Shown here: piece after piece, positions 34,826-44,700 of the stretch
How the letters are laid out: each line of letters opens with the position of its first letter
Numbering within the stretch: position 1 is the stretch's first letter
Origin: a virus
Length of the DNA: 64,000 nucleotides
Strand: one strand, 5' to 3'
Virus record (IMG/VR): IMGVR_UViG_3300032334_001937
Coordinates: 1 to 64,000 of that record
Notes under the pieces: model-generated
Database searches by the model: none
Seen by the model: only the letters and a program-made list of their open reading frames with translations
What the model was told of the DNA's origin: nothing
Program-made: the position numbers and the translations under genes

Positions 34826-35831
34826 TTAACAACTTACTTCTAAGAGATTCTTGTAAATCAAGATCTTCTCTAACACGATTGATAAAACCTTCACGACCTT
34901 GAACCTTTGTTCCATCTTCAAGTTTATACCAGGCACCTGTGCGCTCTACAAGACCTGCTAGTTCAGCAGTGTCAACAAGATCACCGATACCATCAATACC
35001 AACATTATCGCCTCTAAAATAAAAGTCGTATTCACCGCTTTGGAAACCAGCAGATGTTTTAGAGAATTGTAACTCCCACTTAACCTTACGACCAATTTTT
35101 TCTTCAATCAGTTTATCTCCTACCTGAATCTTTCCCTTAATCGCTTGATTATCTGACTCAGAGGAAAACAACTTAATAACAGTTGAGGAATAAAACTTAG
35201 TAGCCTGACCACCAGAAGGCTGCTGGCTAGTATACATAGCACTAATATTGTTACGAGACTGAGAAATAAGAACAAGCAAAGTTGGCTTAACTTTATTGTT
35301 TGCATAGTTAAGCATCTTCCACGCATTACTAAAGTCTCTAGACTCAGCACCAATTTGCTTGGTATTCTCAAGTTGCTTAAGTTCATCTGTGTCCTTCTCA
35401 AAATAAATAGCAGGCAGCAGGGATGTAATACTGTCTACAACAATTATATCAACACCAGCATTCATTAGGCTTGTGCCAACATCTACCATCTCATTAATGG
35501 TTCTTGCTTGTGAATAAATAAGCTTTGTTGAATCTACCCCAAGCTTTTCAGCCCATGCAGAATCATATGACATTTCAGCATCAATCCATGCACAAACCTT
35601 GCCTTCTTTTTGTGCTTGACCAATCATTTGAAGGCACAGAGAAGACTTAGCAGAAGACTTAGAACCCCAGATAAGAACCTGACGACCATAAGGCAAACCA
35701 CCCTTTAAAGCCCTGTTAAGGCCAAAGCTAGGTGTTCCTGCATAGTCAACTTTTTGCCCTGTAGCATCTCCAAGACGCTTACGAATGCGTGGATCTAACT
35801 GTGCTAATACTTCTTCCATTGTTACTGACAT
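34818..35831 (-). CDS. recA: RecA-like recombinase
   Basis: GGLPYGR, GSKSSAKS (Walker A variant), WIDAE, IVVDS, ISQ.R, GG.A.KFYSS. Confidence 0.92.
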   Translation of the reverse strand: MSVTMEEVLAQLDPRIRKRLGDATGQKVDYAGTPSFGLNRALKGGLPYGRQVLIWGSKSSAKSSLCLQMIGQAQKEGKVCAWIDAEMSYDSAWAEKLGVDSTKLIYSQARTINEMVDVGTSLMNAGVDIIVVDSITSLLPAIYFEKDTDELKQLENTKQIGAESRDFSNAWKMLNYANNKVKPTLLVLISQSRNNISAMYTSQQPSGGQATKFYSSTVIKLFSSESDNQAIKGKIQVGDKLIEEKIGRKVKWELQFSKTSAGFQSGEYDFYFRGDNVGIDGIGDLVDTAELAGLVERTGAWYKLEDGTKVQGREGFINRVREDLDLQESLRSKLLNV

Positions 35832-36148
35832 TAAAATTTTACCCCGTGTTTTTCTGGTCTAGTCTTGTTAAACTCTGATTTTTGCTTAAGAATATAGTCA
35901 AGTGATTCTCTAGTATACCCTGCTTCAACCATTCCTGCATAAAGATCTAGCGTACGAATAATAATATCTGCAAATTCTTTAGCAATCTCTTCTTCGCCTT
36001 TATCTTTACGCACTGCCTCCATTACTTCAACAACTTCAGATACAATCATCATTAGTTGTTTAGCAACAAAGATATCGTCAATATCATCTGGCCAAAAACC
36101 TTTTTCAACTGCTACCTTGTGCAAATCAATTGCTAGCTGATCAAACAT
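35831..36148 (-). CDS. MazG-like nucleotide pyrophosphohydrolase
   Basis: SEVVEVMEA...KEFADIIIR. Confidence 0.8.
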   Translation of the reverse strand: MFDQLAIDLHKVAVEKGFWPDDIDDIFVAKQLMMIVSEVVEVMEAVRKDKGEEEIAKEFADIIIRTLDLYAGMVEAGYTRESLDYILKQKSEFNKTRPEKHGVKF

Positions 36149-39100
36149 TTACTACATCCTCCAATATAACTGTTCCGTCTTTAGTTTTACCCAAAGAAAC
36201 TTTATAAACATTTCCCTCTTCAATTGTCATGTATGCCTTAGAAAATGCTGTGGGGAATACAAGAACTGAATGAAGTTCTCTAGCAGCATCTGCTACTACA
36301 AGGTTTGCCATCTTCTTTCCAGCTTTTGTCATTCTTGGCTTAAAAGAAACCACAAACTGCTCTTCACCTTTATACGGCAACTGCTTATAATTTAAAAACT
36401 TTACTAAAGCATCTTTTGATTCTTTAATACTATCAGCAGGAATTGCATTTACAATTCTGTTATCACTAACAAGAATCAAATAAGTTTTACCAGTTTCAAT
36501 TGTTGTGTTCTCATCATCAAAGATTCCAACACTACCAGTCTTATCAAGAAATTCAACTCTTGACCATCCCTTACCACGCTTGACTGATTTAATCATTCCA
36601 AGCATAACAAATGATCCAGTCTCTTCATAATCTTCTGATTCTTGAATATAGGCATAGTAGTGTTGAGGTACCTGCATATTAAACTCAGGAAGGTTTAAAT
36701 ACTCGTAGAGATTTTCTTTAATCTCTTGATCATTACGTGGGCTGTCTTCAAATGTTGCTGCACCGATGATTCGTAATGCTTGAAGAGCACGAGAGTTAAC
36801 TCCGTTTCCTTTAGTAAAAGTAAACTCCTCAAGTTCAGCATATGATTTAAAAGGTCTAGCAGCCATGTATCTTTCAGCAATCTTGTCTGAGATAAACTTA
36901 ATGCCCGACAAACCAAAGCGTATACCCTTACCTTCAATCTTAAAATCAATATCTGATTCGTTAATATGAGGTAGCTTGACGTTAATTCCCATTCTTTTTG
37001 CTTCAATAAGGTACTCAGTACGTGCATCTTTATCCTTTTCATTCTTTAATAGTGAATACATAAACTCTAGTGGATAGTGGTACTTTAACCATGCTGTCCA
37101 ATATGAAAGTGTTGAATATGCTACTGCATGGGATTTGTTAAATGAATACCCTGCGTGAGCCTCAAAGTCATGCCATAAATCTAAAGCTTGGTTTGGCGAA
37201 ATATACGCAGACGCTCCCGCAACAAATCTATCCTTAAACTCATCAAACTCTTTAGCATCTTTTTTCTTTCCAATGATCTTTCTAACTTTATCTGCTTCCG
37301 ACATGGACATACCGCCAAGGTGTACGCATGCTTGCATAACCTGTTCCTGGTAAAGAATACAGCCATAGGTTTCCTCCGTAAATGATTTAAGAATCTGGTG
37401 CTTGTAGTCTGGATTCTGGCGACCATGCTTAATAGCAATATAGTCTTTTCCAATTGTATTCATCGCACCTGGACGAACCAATGCGTTAGATGCAGCAAGT
37501 TCTTCAAGATTCTTTACACGCATCTTAATAAGAAGGTTTGTGTATGGTGCTGCTTCACACTGAAATACTCCCTTTGTATATCCATCTGAGAGCATTGTAT
37601 ACACATTAGCATCATCCATATTAATCTTTAATAAATCAATCTTTGTTCCTTCACGGTCTTTAATAATATCAATACAGTCTTTAAGTACCGTCAAAGTTTT
37701 TAAACCCAATGCATCAATCTTAATCAAGCCAATGTTTTCAGCTTCTCCCATGTCTACAGCAACAACAGGAATTCGCTCATCTTGTCCAGCAACTGATCTT
37801 GTTTCCATTGGAGCATATCTAAAGATTGGGTCCTTAGATGTTACAACACCTGCAGCGTGAATTCCTGTACCCTTAATGCGACCACGAAGTTGTTCTCCGT
37901 ATAATTCTACTTCTGGATATTTTTCTCTAAACCACTGTGCACTCTTTGATACGCAGTATTCATCCCAATTATCAATTTGTTTGTTTACTTTGTTTGCATC
38001 AGCAAGTGGAATGTTTAAAACACGAGACACATCCTTAACAATGTTCTTGTCTTTAAACTGCATGAATGTTGCAATAGAAGCAACATGGCGATATTGTCTA
38101 ACTAGATAATCTTTTACTTCATCACGACGGTTGTCTTGAATGTCAGAGTCAATATCAGGAAAGTCATTGCGGTCTGGATTAATAAATCGGAAGAACAAAA
38201 GACCGTGCTTAATTGGGTCAATGTCTGTAATACCAAGTGCATAACAAAGCAATGAACCTGCTGCAGATCCACGACCAGGACCTACCATGATTCCTTCTTT
38301 CTTGGCCCAGTTAAGCATGTTGCGAACAACTAGGAAGTAAGGACCAAAGTTCTTTTCACTAATAATTTTTAATTCTTCATCAAGACGATCAAGATATTCT
38401 TGATTACTTTCTAGTCCACGCTCAGTCAAACCTTCAAGTGCAAGAGTCTTAAGTTCATTCATTGGCTTCTTGTATTGAACTGGAAGCAAATCAAGACCAG
38501 ACTTAATATCATAGTCTTCAACTTTGTCTGCAATCTCTAGTGAACTTGTGAACATCTCTTCGTCTGTATGTCCTTGTTCTGCCATTGCAGTCTTCATCTC
38601 TTCGTAAGAAAGAAGATGAATATCAAAGGTACGGAAAGACATTTGACGGTCTGCACCATATAGATAATCTAGGCGTTCCATCATGTTATCAATCTTCTTT
38701 GACTTTTCAAAGGTTGATTCCTTTAAAACTTTACCGTGGGTATTTAACAGAAGCATCATCTCCTGAATTTCTTTTTGACTTGTATCAGAATGATGACAGT
38801 CTGGTGTGACAACAACCTTTACATCAAATGCTTTTGCCAATGCAACAAGCTCATCATTAATGTTTTTTGGGTTATGTGGCATTAGTTCAATGTAGAAGTC
38901 ATCCTTAAAGCGATTCTTAAACCATTGAACTTTTTCTTTTGCAAATGCATACTCTTCATTTTCAATAGCCTTTGCAATAAGACCACCTTGACAAGCAGAC
39001 AAGGCAATAAGGCCATCTCCGTATTGATCTAATGCTTCAAAATCAATGCGTGGCTTGCGGTAAAAACCATCTGTCCATGCAATTTCATTTAACTTGTTAA

Positions 39101-39416
39101 GGTTTTCTAAACCTTGTTGGTTCTTAGCAAGAAGGACTATATGGAAGTAGTTAACATCAAGTGGACCTACCCTTTCGGACTTATCCCTTTTATCGTGTCT
39201 ATCTAATGCCAAATAGCCTTCTATGCCAAGAATTGGTTTGATGCCTTTTGCTTTTGCAATACGGTGCAGTTCCCTATGCCCAGATAAAGTACCGTGGTCA
39301 GTAATGGCAATTGCTGTCATTCCTAACTCAACTGCACGGTCAACGTATTCTTCTGGAGTAGCAACACCATCCATCAAGGAGTAGTGTGTATGGACATGCA
39401 AACCTACGTAATTCAC
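36141..39416 (-). CDS. dnaE: DNA polymerase III alpha subunit
   Basis: PHP motif HVHTHYSLMDG, GRGSAAGS, PDIDSD, KIDALGL, YSFNKSH. Confidence 0.97.
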   Translation of the reverse strand: MNYVGLHVHTHYSLMDGVATPEEYVDRAVELGMTAIAITDHGTLSGHRELHRIAKAKGIKPILGIEGYLALDRHDKRDKSERVGPLDVNYFHIVLLAKNQQGLENLNKLNEIAWTDGFYRKPRIDFEALDQYGDGLIALSACQGGLIAKAIENEEYAFAKEKVQWFKNRFKDDFYIELMPHNPKNINDELVALAKAFDVKVVVTPDCHHSDTSQKEIQEMMLLLNTHGKVLKESTFEKSKKIDNMMERLDYLYGADRQMSFRTFDIHLLSYEEMKTAMAEQGHTDEEMFTSSLEIADKVEDYDIKSGLDLLPVQYKKPMNELKTLALEGLTERGLESNQEYLDRLDEELKIISEKNFGPYFLVVRNMLNWAKKEGIMVGPGRGSAAGSLLCYALGITDIDPIKHGLLFFRFINPDRNDFPDIDSDIQDNRRDEVKDYLVRQYRHVASIATFMQFKDKNIVKDVSRVLNIPLADANKVNKQIDNWDEYCVSKSAQWFREKYPEVELYGEQLRGRIKGTGIHAAGVVTSKDPIFRYAPMETRSVAGQDERIPVVAVDMGEAENIGLIKIDALGLKTLTVLKDCIDIIKDREGTKIDLLKINMDDANVYTMLSDGYTKGVFQCEAAPYTNLLIKMRVKNLEELAASNALVRPGAMNTIGKDYIAIKHGRQNPDYKHQILKSFTEETYGCILYQEQVMQACVHLGGMSMSEADKVRKIIGKKKDAKEFDEFKDRFVAGASAYISPNQALDLWHDFEAHAGYSFNKSHAVAYSTLSYWTAWLKYHYPLEFMYSLLKNEKDKDARTEYLIEAKRMGINVKLPHINESDIDFKIEGKGIRFGLSGIKFISDKIAERYMAARPFKSYAELEEFTFTKGNGVNSRALQALRIIGAATFEDSPRNDQEIKENLYEYLNLPEFNMQVPQHYYAYIQESEDYEETGSFVMLGMIKSVKRGKGWSRVEFLDKTGSVGIFDDENTTIETGKTYLILVSDNRIVNAIPADSIKESKDALVKFLNYKQLPYKGEEQFVVSFKPRMTKAGKKMANLVVADAARELHSVLVFPTAFSKAYMTIEEGNVYKVSLGKTKDGTVILEDVVNV

Positions 39417-39424
39417 CTAGAGTA

Positions 39425-40078
39425 TTACCAGTCCATGTTTGTGGATGTAGTACCTGGTGTATCAAAGCCTAGATAAAAGGCTTCTTGTTCAGCGTAAGGA
39501 ATCTTGTTGAGTGCCTTCTCTAGTGGGAAGGGTTCAATTGTTGCCCAATCAAATGGTTCCTTATCTGGACCACCTGGAATAAGTGTGTATGATGTTTCAG
39601 TTCCCTGACCATTACGCTTCACCTTCCAAGTAAGATTTGAAATACTGCCTGTCTCCAGTGCGTATTCACGAATAGTATTAAATGCAGATTGCTTGCTAAC
39701 ACCCATTGACCAAATAGCCACGTATGGTGCTTCAATGCCGTCATCTACAAGTACGTTGCAATAGAAACGAAGACGTGCTCTCCAGCCTGCCTTCATATCC
39801 TTGCGATGCATTTCTTCTGCCCAGTCACGACCTTCTGTATCCATTGTATCTACAGCCTTACGCTTATAGTCCTTTGGATTTGTGTGTTCTGAAACAACGA
39901 GTGCAAGACCACGATCTTCATTGTAGTTTGCTGAGTCTTCATCAAGTTCCTCAATGAAACGGATCTTTACTGATTGTCCATCAGCTAGCTTAAGCCAACG
40001 AACCTTTGTGCCTGTGCCTTCATACTTGGGCTTATCTACCAATGCGTTGATATTTTTTAGTCCCTTTACAATAGCCAT
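39425..40078 (-). CDS. Single-stranded DNA-binding protein (gp32-like)
   Basis: Located between primase and polymerase; RNGQGTETSY; acidic/aromatic C-terminus. Confidence 0.7.
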   Translation of the reverse strand: MAIVKGLKNINALVDKPKYEGTGTKVRWLKLADGQSVKIRFIEELDEDSANYNEDRGLALVVSEHTNPKDYKRKAVDTMDTEGRDWAEEMHRKDMKAGWRARLRFYCNVLVDDGIEAPYVAIWSMGVSKQSAFNTIREYALETGSISNLTWKVKRNGQGTETSYTLIPGGPDKEPFDWATIEPFPLEKALNKIPYAEQEAFYLGFDTPGTTSTNMDW

Positions 40079-40109
40079 TTTATTTTTCTCCTATATGTTT
40101 GTTATGTTT

Positions 40110-41033
40110 TTATTTTAGCATGGCGATGATTGAATTGTCAAACTGGAACTCCAACTTTTTAATTGCCTCATCATCCATATCGCCTATATCTTTATATTTT
40201 TTATCTAACTGTATTACTGTGATAAGGTGACCTAGTTTCTCAACTAGTTTATCTTTCATGATAGAGCCAGCCTCATCGTTGTCTGCAACAAGCACAACAT
40301 TATTGAAGTACTTTGCTAATAGTTTAATCTGCGATGCAGAAACATTAGCCCCCAGTGTTGCAACTGCTGGGAAACCCACTTGATCAAGCCTAATAGCATC
40401 AAATGATGATTCAACTACATAGACTGTTGTTGATGTTTTAACTCTGTGCAAGTTAAACAAAATCTTACTTTTTAGTAAACCTGGAGTATTCTTGAAGTCT
40501 TTGCCCTCAATAGTTCTAGCAACAAACCCAATGCACATCCCATCTGGAGTAGCCATAGGTATTGTTACTGAGTCTTGCTTTTCAGAATAACCTAGATTAA
40601 ATTTTATCACAGAATCTTTTGTTATGCTACGACCCTCAAAATATCTCATTGCTCTTGGTGATTCAATAGCCTGATTATTAAGTCTTTTAATTAGTAGTTC
40701 ATCATATTGAACAAAGTCTGCAGGAGCATAAAGCGCTTTATCAATTATAGAAGAAAGGTTTGATTCTTGCTCTTTGCTTTTAATATAGCGAACTGCCTCA
40801 AAGTATGTTCTGTTTGACATAAACATAATTAGTTCAGTTAGATTCTTGGTTATTTGACAACCAAAGCAAAAGAATAGCCCAGACTCTTTGGAAACTTCTC
40901 CAGCAGGAGTTCTATTATTGTTGTGATACGGACAAAAGATAATAAAGTCAGAGCCAAACTCAGCTTCAATGTCAATGCCTGCTCCATTAAGAACACGACG
41001 AATCTGATCTTCTGTATATATACTTTTATCCAT
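40110..41033 (-). CDS. dnaG: DNA primase (CHC2 zinc finger plus TOPRIM)
   Basis: CPYH...CFGC; VVESSFD; ADNDEAG; KDIGD. Confidence 0.92.
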   Translation of the reverse strand: MDKSIYTEDQIRRVLNGAGIDIEAEFGSDFIIFCPYHNNNRTPAGEVSKESGLFFCFGCQITKNLTELIMFMSNRTYFEAVRYIKSKEQESNLSSIIDKALYAPADFVQYDELLIKRLNNQAIESPRAMRYFEGRSITKDSVIKFNLGYSEKQDSVTIPMATPDGMCIGFVARTIEGKDFKNTPGLLKSKILFNLHRVKTSTTVYVVESSFDAIRLDQVGFPAVATLGANVSASQIKLLAKYFNNVVLVADNDEAGSIMKDKLVEKLGHLITVIQLDKKYKDIGDMDDEAIKKLEFQFDNSIIAMLK

Positions 41034-41595
41034 TTGTCACTTCTTCAATCGTAGAATTAAAAGCACATCCCATACTATATCTTATTCCAGACTTTACATA
41101 ATCTACAGAGTGAAGCTCATCCATTTGATAAAATGCAAAATCTCCAGTTGCTGGCTTATACTTGTAATCTCTTTCTGGAAAAGAAAGTTCTCCACCCTCA
41201 TAATCATCGTTTATGTAGAGCATACAGACAAACCCATTAGAGTTTTCTGTTTTAGAATCTTTATGAGTAGCCATTGGACGATAAGGTTTTAGTTTAGAAA
41301 CTGCAAGAAATGGTTGATATGGGTCTGCATTTAAAAGATTAATTTTTTTAGCATAATCATTCATTGTTAAAGATAAAGCATTAAAGAATAAATTACGTAG
41401 TTCAATTGCCTCTATACTATCTGTGTTAGCAAAATAATTTGGCAGCTCCATGGTTTCATGTGGTCTGCGTTCAACCTTTTGAAATGAATAACAATTTGTA
41501 TCAATCTTATCAATTAAATTAATCCAATGCTGTGTGTCAATATCAACTGAGTATATACTAAGAAAATCATTATTAACCTTATGCACCAAAGACAT
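41026..41595 (-). CDS. 2OG-Fe(II) oxygenase
   Basis: HKD...LYINDDYEGGELSFP...HSV...RY. Confidence 0.85.
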   Translation of the reverse strand: MSLVHKVNNDFLSIYSVDIDTQHWINLIDKIDTNCYSFQKVERRPHETMELPNYFANTDSIEAIELRNLFFNALSLTMNDYAKKINLLNADPYQPFLAVSKLKPYRPMATHKDSKTENSNGFVCMLYINDDYEGGELSFPERDYKYKPATGDFAFYQMDELHSVDYVKSGIRYSMGCAFNSTIEEVTNG

Positions 41596-42815
41596 TACTT
41601 ATCCTCAAAATCCTTGTAGCGATAATAACCTTTATCAAAGTCGCACTGAACCAAGAAATCACCCATAAAACCATTACGGTTCTTTCTAAAAGCACACTCA
41701 ATAATATCGCTATTAGTTCCACGACCAAGGGCTAATACCCAGTCAGCATCATATGCAATCTGTCTAGACCATGCGGTTTGTGCAAGTGTTGGCACTGTTG
41801 ATAAATCTTTCACATCATCAGGTGTAGCAGATGAGATAGCAATAATCGGTACTTCTTCACTAATAGCCATGAGCTTAAGTTCACGAGAAAGATTTTTCAT
41901 CTTTACCGTTTCATTATCAGCCTTTTGATTTGGATTCATCAACTGAAGATAATCCACAACAACAAAGTCTGGTTTGTACTGATCCAGTTTTCCACGAATA
42001 ACTGAAGGAGTTACTTCTCCACCAGAATCATTAGAAATAATGTGAAAAGGTGGGCGACCATCAATTCTATCTGTATGCCACTTTTTCATCATATCAAGTT
42101 CAACTTCACCATTTGATAATTTGCGATGTGACCAAAGACCTTCACCCATAATAGTAAATACACGGTTGCGAACTTCTGTCTCACTCATTTCAAGAGAGAT
42201 AATAAGGGGTGTCTTACCCTGTTTCCAAGCCTGTACAGCAAAGTATAAAGCCATCCATGACTTTCCGATACCTGGGTATGCTAAAAAGACTCCTAGCTGT
42301 CCTGGCATAATTCCAGATGGTAGGTAGTTATCAAACCCTGGCAAACCTGTTTTAATTCCTCTATGACCTAAAGCCTGCTGCTCTTTAACATTTTCAAAAT
42401 ATGCAATAGCAGAATCAATATCTGTGGCATCAATATCACGAATTGCTGAAGTGTTTTTCTTTAACTGCGAAGTCTTTGTAATGAGCTCTTCAAGAGCCAT
42501 TGATCCTTGACCATTTTGAACTTCACCTGCTGCAGATCGTAAAATGTCTTTAAGGCTATCGTTTAAGTATTCTATTTGAAGTTCTTCAAGGTGATGCTTA
42601 GTTGCACCAATTCCTTGTACTGGTTGAAAATCTCTAAACTTTTCTACAACCAATGATGTTGGAGGAACTGTTCCATTATTTTCAGCATAAAGCCTAATAA
42701 AGTTCCATACATCATTGTGTGTACGAAGCAGTGTCTCTACATTTGCTTGTAGCAAAACGTGAAGTTGTTTATCTGCTAGGACTGCGGAGATTACTTTTGC
42801 TTCTGTATTATTCAC
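41595..42815 (-). CDS. dnaB: DnaB-like replicative helicase
   Basis: AYPGIGKS, ISLEM, VVDYLQLM, IAYDAD, KNRNG. Confidence 0.93.
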   Translation of the reverse strand: MNNTEAKVISAVLADKQLHVLLQANVETLLRTHNDVWNFIRLYAENNGTVPPTSLVVEKFRDFQPVQGIGATKHHLEELQIEYLNDSLKDILRSAAGEVQNGQGSMALEELITKTSQLKKNTSAIRDIDATDIDSAIAYFENVKEQQALGHRGIKTGLPGFDNYLPSGIMPGQLGVFLAYPGIGKSWMALYFAVQAWKQGKTPLIISLEMSETEVRNRVFTIMGEGLWSHRKLSNGEVELDMMKKWHTDRIDGRPPFHIISNDSGGEVTPSVIRGKLDQYKPDFVVVDYLQLMNPNQKADNETVKMKNLSRELKLMAISEEVPIIAISSATPDDVKDLSTVPTLAQTAWSRQIAYDADWVLALGRGTNSDIIECAFRKNRNGFMGDFLVQCDFDKGYYRYKDFEDK

Positions 42816-43116
42816 TCAGCCACTCCTTTGCTTTCCTTCTTAGTTCTGCTCTTTGTTTGATATCTTCTTCTACTTCTAGTTTACCATTAAGAATTTTTTC
42901 TGCATTGTAAGCAAAATAATTCCATGTGGGATCTTGTGCAACATTAAAATAATACTCTAACAAGTCATAGCATTGTGAAATGCCATATGATTCTACAAGA
43001 GCATCTGCTGCCCACTGTTCAACATTTAAATTCATATTAGACTTACGCTCATAGCGTTGTGTATAAAATTTGTTGAATCTACTGAGCAAAGCCATTCGGT
43101 CTTTGCGGTCAGCCAT
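42808..43116 (-). CDS. Hypothetical protein (possible helicase partner)
   Basis: Coupled directly upstream of dnaB. Confidence 0.65.
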   Translation of the reverse strand: MADRKDRMALLSRFNKFYTQRYERKSNMNLNVEQWAADALVESYGISQCYDLLEYYFNVAQDPTWNYFAYNAEKILNGKLEVEEDIKQRAELRRKAKEWLSE

Positions 43117-43325
43117 TAGCCTTCAGAAGCCTCTTCTTGTGCTTCCTTAATCTTCTCTGTAAGCTTATCTTCTACAAACTTATAGACACGATCAAAAGCT
43201 TGTTCAATGTTTTCTCCATCACGCTTGCTATCAATAACACCCAAATCAAGTCTTAGTGACTGGAAATTTCCCAGATTAAGAGTATATCCAAGTGTTACGT
43301 TTACCTTTGTTGAATCGTTTTCCAT
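43116..43325 (-). CDS. Conserved phage protein
   Basis: LGYTLNLGNFQSLRLD motif. Confidence 0.7.
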   Translation of the reverse strand: MENDSTKVNVTLGYTLNLGNFQSLRLDLGVIDSKRDGENIEQAFDRVYKFVEDKLTEKIKEAQEEASEG

Positions 43326-43343
43326 TACCCACCCATTCCTATT

Positions 43344-43886
43344 TTAAATGCTCTCTGACCAAGTTGGAATAAATCTTCCATCTTCTGTCTTCGTATATGT
43401 AAGTATACCGTCTCCCATTCGCCTTGTCAATTCTTGACTAGTAGGAGTCATGTTATTTGTTATTAATTTATCTTTTCTTGGTTGACCAATATGTATACTT
43501 GCAAGTATAGCACGTATCTCTTTTACTTGTGATTCTGAGTAATATGCTCTTACTTGCCATCCTGGTTCCCCGCCTTTTCTTGAACCTGTTGGTCCAGGAA
43601 TAGTTCCGTTTTTAATTAATCTTGGTAAATACTTTCTATGTCTATTGACAAGAATTGCAGTTTCTGTTATAGTGTAGGCTCTTTCACGATTACGTCTAAA
43701 GTCAGTACGCAAACAAGTTTCAAGTCTATCTTTTGTGATATTATAAAAAGAAGTCATTCCAGTTGATCTAGAGTTATGATGAACCCTAACTAGATCACCA
43801 TTTAAAAACCAAACCTTTTGGTTTCCTTTTATTACAGACTCGTTATTGTACTCTTCGCTCTGTATTTTTCGTTTAGCAGTAGCCAT
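43344..43886 (-). CDS. Putative MerR-like HTH DNA-binding protein
   Basis: YTITETAILVNRH...GTIP...RAYYSE. Confidence 0.6.
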   Translation of the reverse strand: MATAKRKIQSEEYNNESVIKGNQKVWFLNGDLVRVHHNSRSTGMTSFYNITKDRLETCLRTDFRRNRERAYTITETAILVNRHRKYLPRLIKNGTIPGPTGSRKGGEPGWQVRAYYSESQVKEIRAILASIHIGQPRKDKLITNNMTPTSQELTRRMGDGILTYTKTEDGRFIPTWSESI

Positions 43887-44023
43887 CTGCCCTCCCTACT
43901 TTCTTGCGGGGGATGATAAAATTTTCTCTCACCACAGCGCACACAGTAGGTCTCAATATGCATTTGAGAAGTATATTGTCTATCAATAAAAATTCTACCA
44001 GTGCATCGTTTACAGGTTAACAT
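43832..44023 (-). CDS. Small zinc-ribbon protein
   Basis: CKRC.G...YCVRCG. Confidence 0.7.
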   Translation of the reverse strand: MLTCKRCTGRIFIDRQYTSQMHIETYCVRCGERKFYHPPQESREGRWLLLNEKYRAKSTITSL

Positions 44024-44025
44024 TT

Positions 44026-44208
44026 TTAATCTTCTAAACTAGCCGAATATTCTTGAATTGCTTTTTCTTTTTCTTCTTTTTCCTGTGATAACTGTGTTAG
44101 GTCTGCCCTAAGAATAGCAATTTGTGTTTCATAGTTTGAAACAATTTCGCCAATTCGTTGCTGCAAAGCTGTAATTACTAGGTCTGCTTTATCCATTATC
44201 TTCTCCAT
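44026..44208 (-). CDS. Small coiled-coil protein
   Basis: Heptad pattern; may start at ATG 44196. Confidence 0.65.
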   Translation of the reverse strand: MEKIMDKADLVITALQQRIGEIVSNYETQIAILRADLTQLSQEKEEKEKAIQEYSASLED

Positions 44209-44419
44209 TTAAAGTATTAATTTCTTGATTTAGTACCTTTTGTTTATCATTGATAGAATCTATTTGCATTTCAATATCCTTTATATTTCCTGGATTTGTT
44301 ACACTTCCTGATCCCATCTCTAATAAAGAAATTTTTAGGTTATACTTGCTATATTCTAAATTTTTTAAATGCTGATTAATAATTGATATTTTTTCATCAT
44401 TTGTTAATTCATACGCCAT
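44189..44419 (-). CDS. Small coiled-coil protein
   Basis: AAGGAG SD. Confidence 0.7.
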   Translation of the reverse strand: MAYELTNDEKISIINQHLKNLEYSKYNLKISLLEMGSGSVTNPGNIKDIEMQIDSINDKQKVLNQEINTLNGEDNG

Positions 44420-44446
44420 AGCTTCTCCTTATTAAGTATATCATAA

Positions 44447-44662
44447 TTACCATTTACCTAGAGGGCATTGTGCATTATTTAACTTTGTTTTAATAAACAT
44501 AAAACAACCACATTGTTTGCATTGTCTACTAAGATTAATAAACTCTGGACAAGATTCACATATATTATATCTTTTTTCTGCAACTTCATGTACAGCATAT
44601 TGTGTATTAGGGTTTAATATATCCCATGGTTTTACACTTTTTTCTTCCATAAATTCCCCCAC
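44447..44662 (-). CDS. Cys-rich small protein (DUF6171-like)
   Basis: RY.IC..C...QCKQCGCFM..K......CPLGKW. Confidence 0.75.
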   Translation of the reverse strand: MGEFMEEKSVKPWDILNPNTQYAVHEVAEKRYNICESCPEFINLSRQCKQCGCFMFIKTKLNNAQCPLGKW

Positions 44663-44700
44663 AATTAATTTTATACTATCTATTCTATCATAGATACTTT

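Noticed and set aside
29532-42815. Inteins or introns in terL, recA, dnaE or dnaB
   Set aside because: Lengths are normal, the ORFs are uninterrupted, and no intein or homing-endonuclease motifs were seen.
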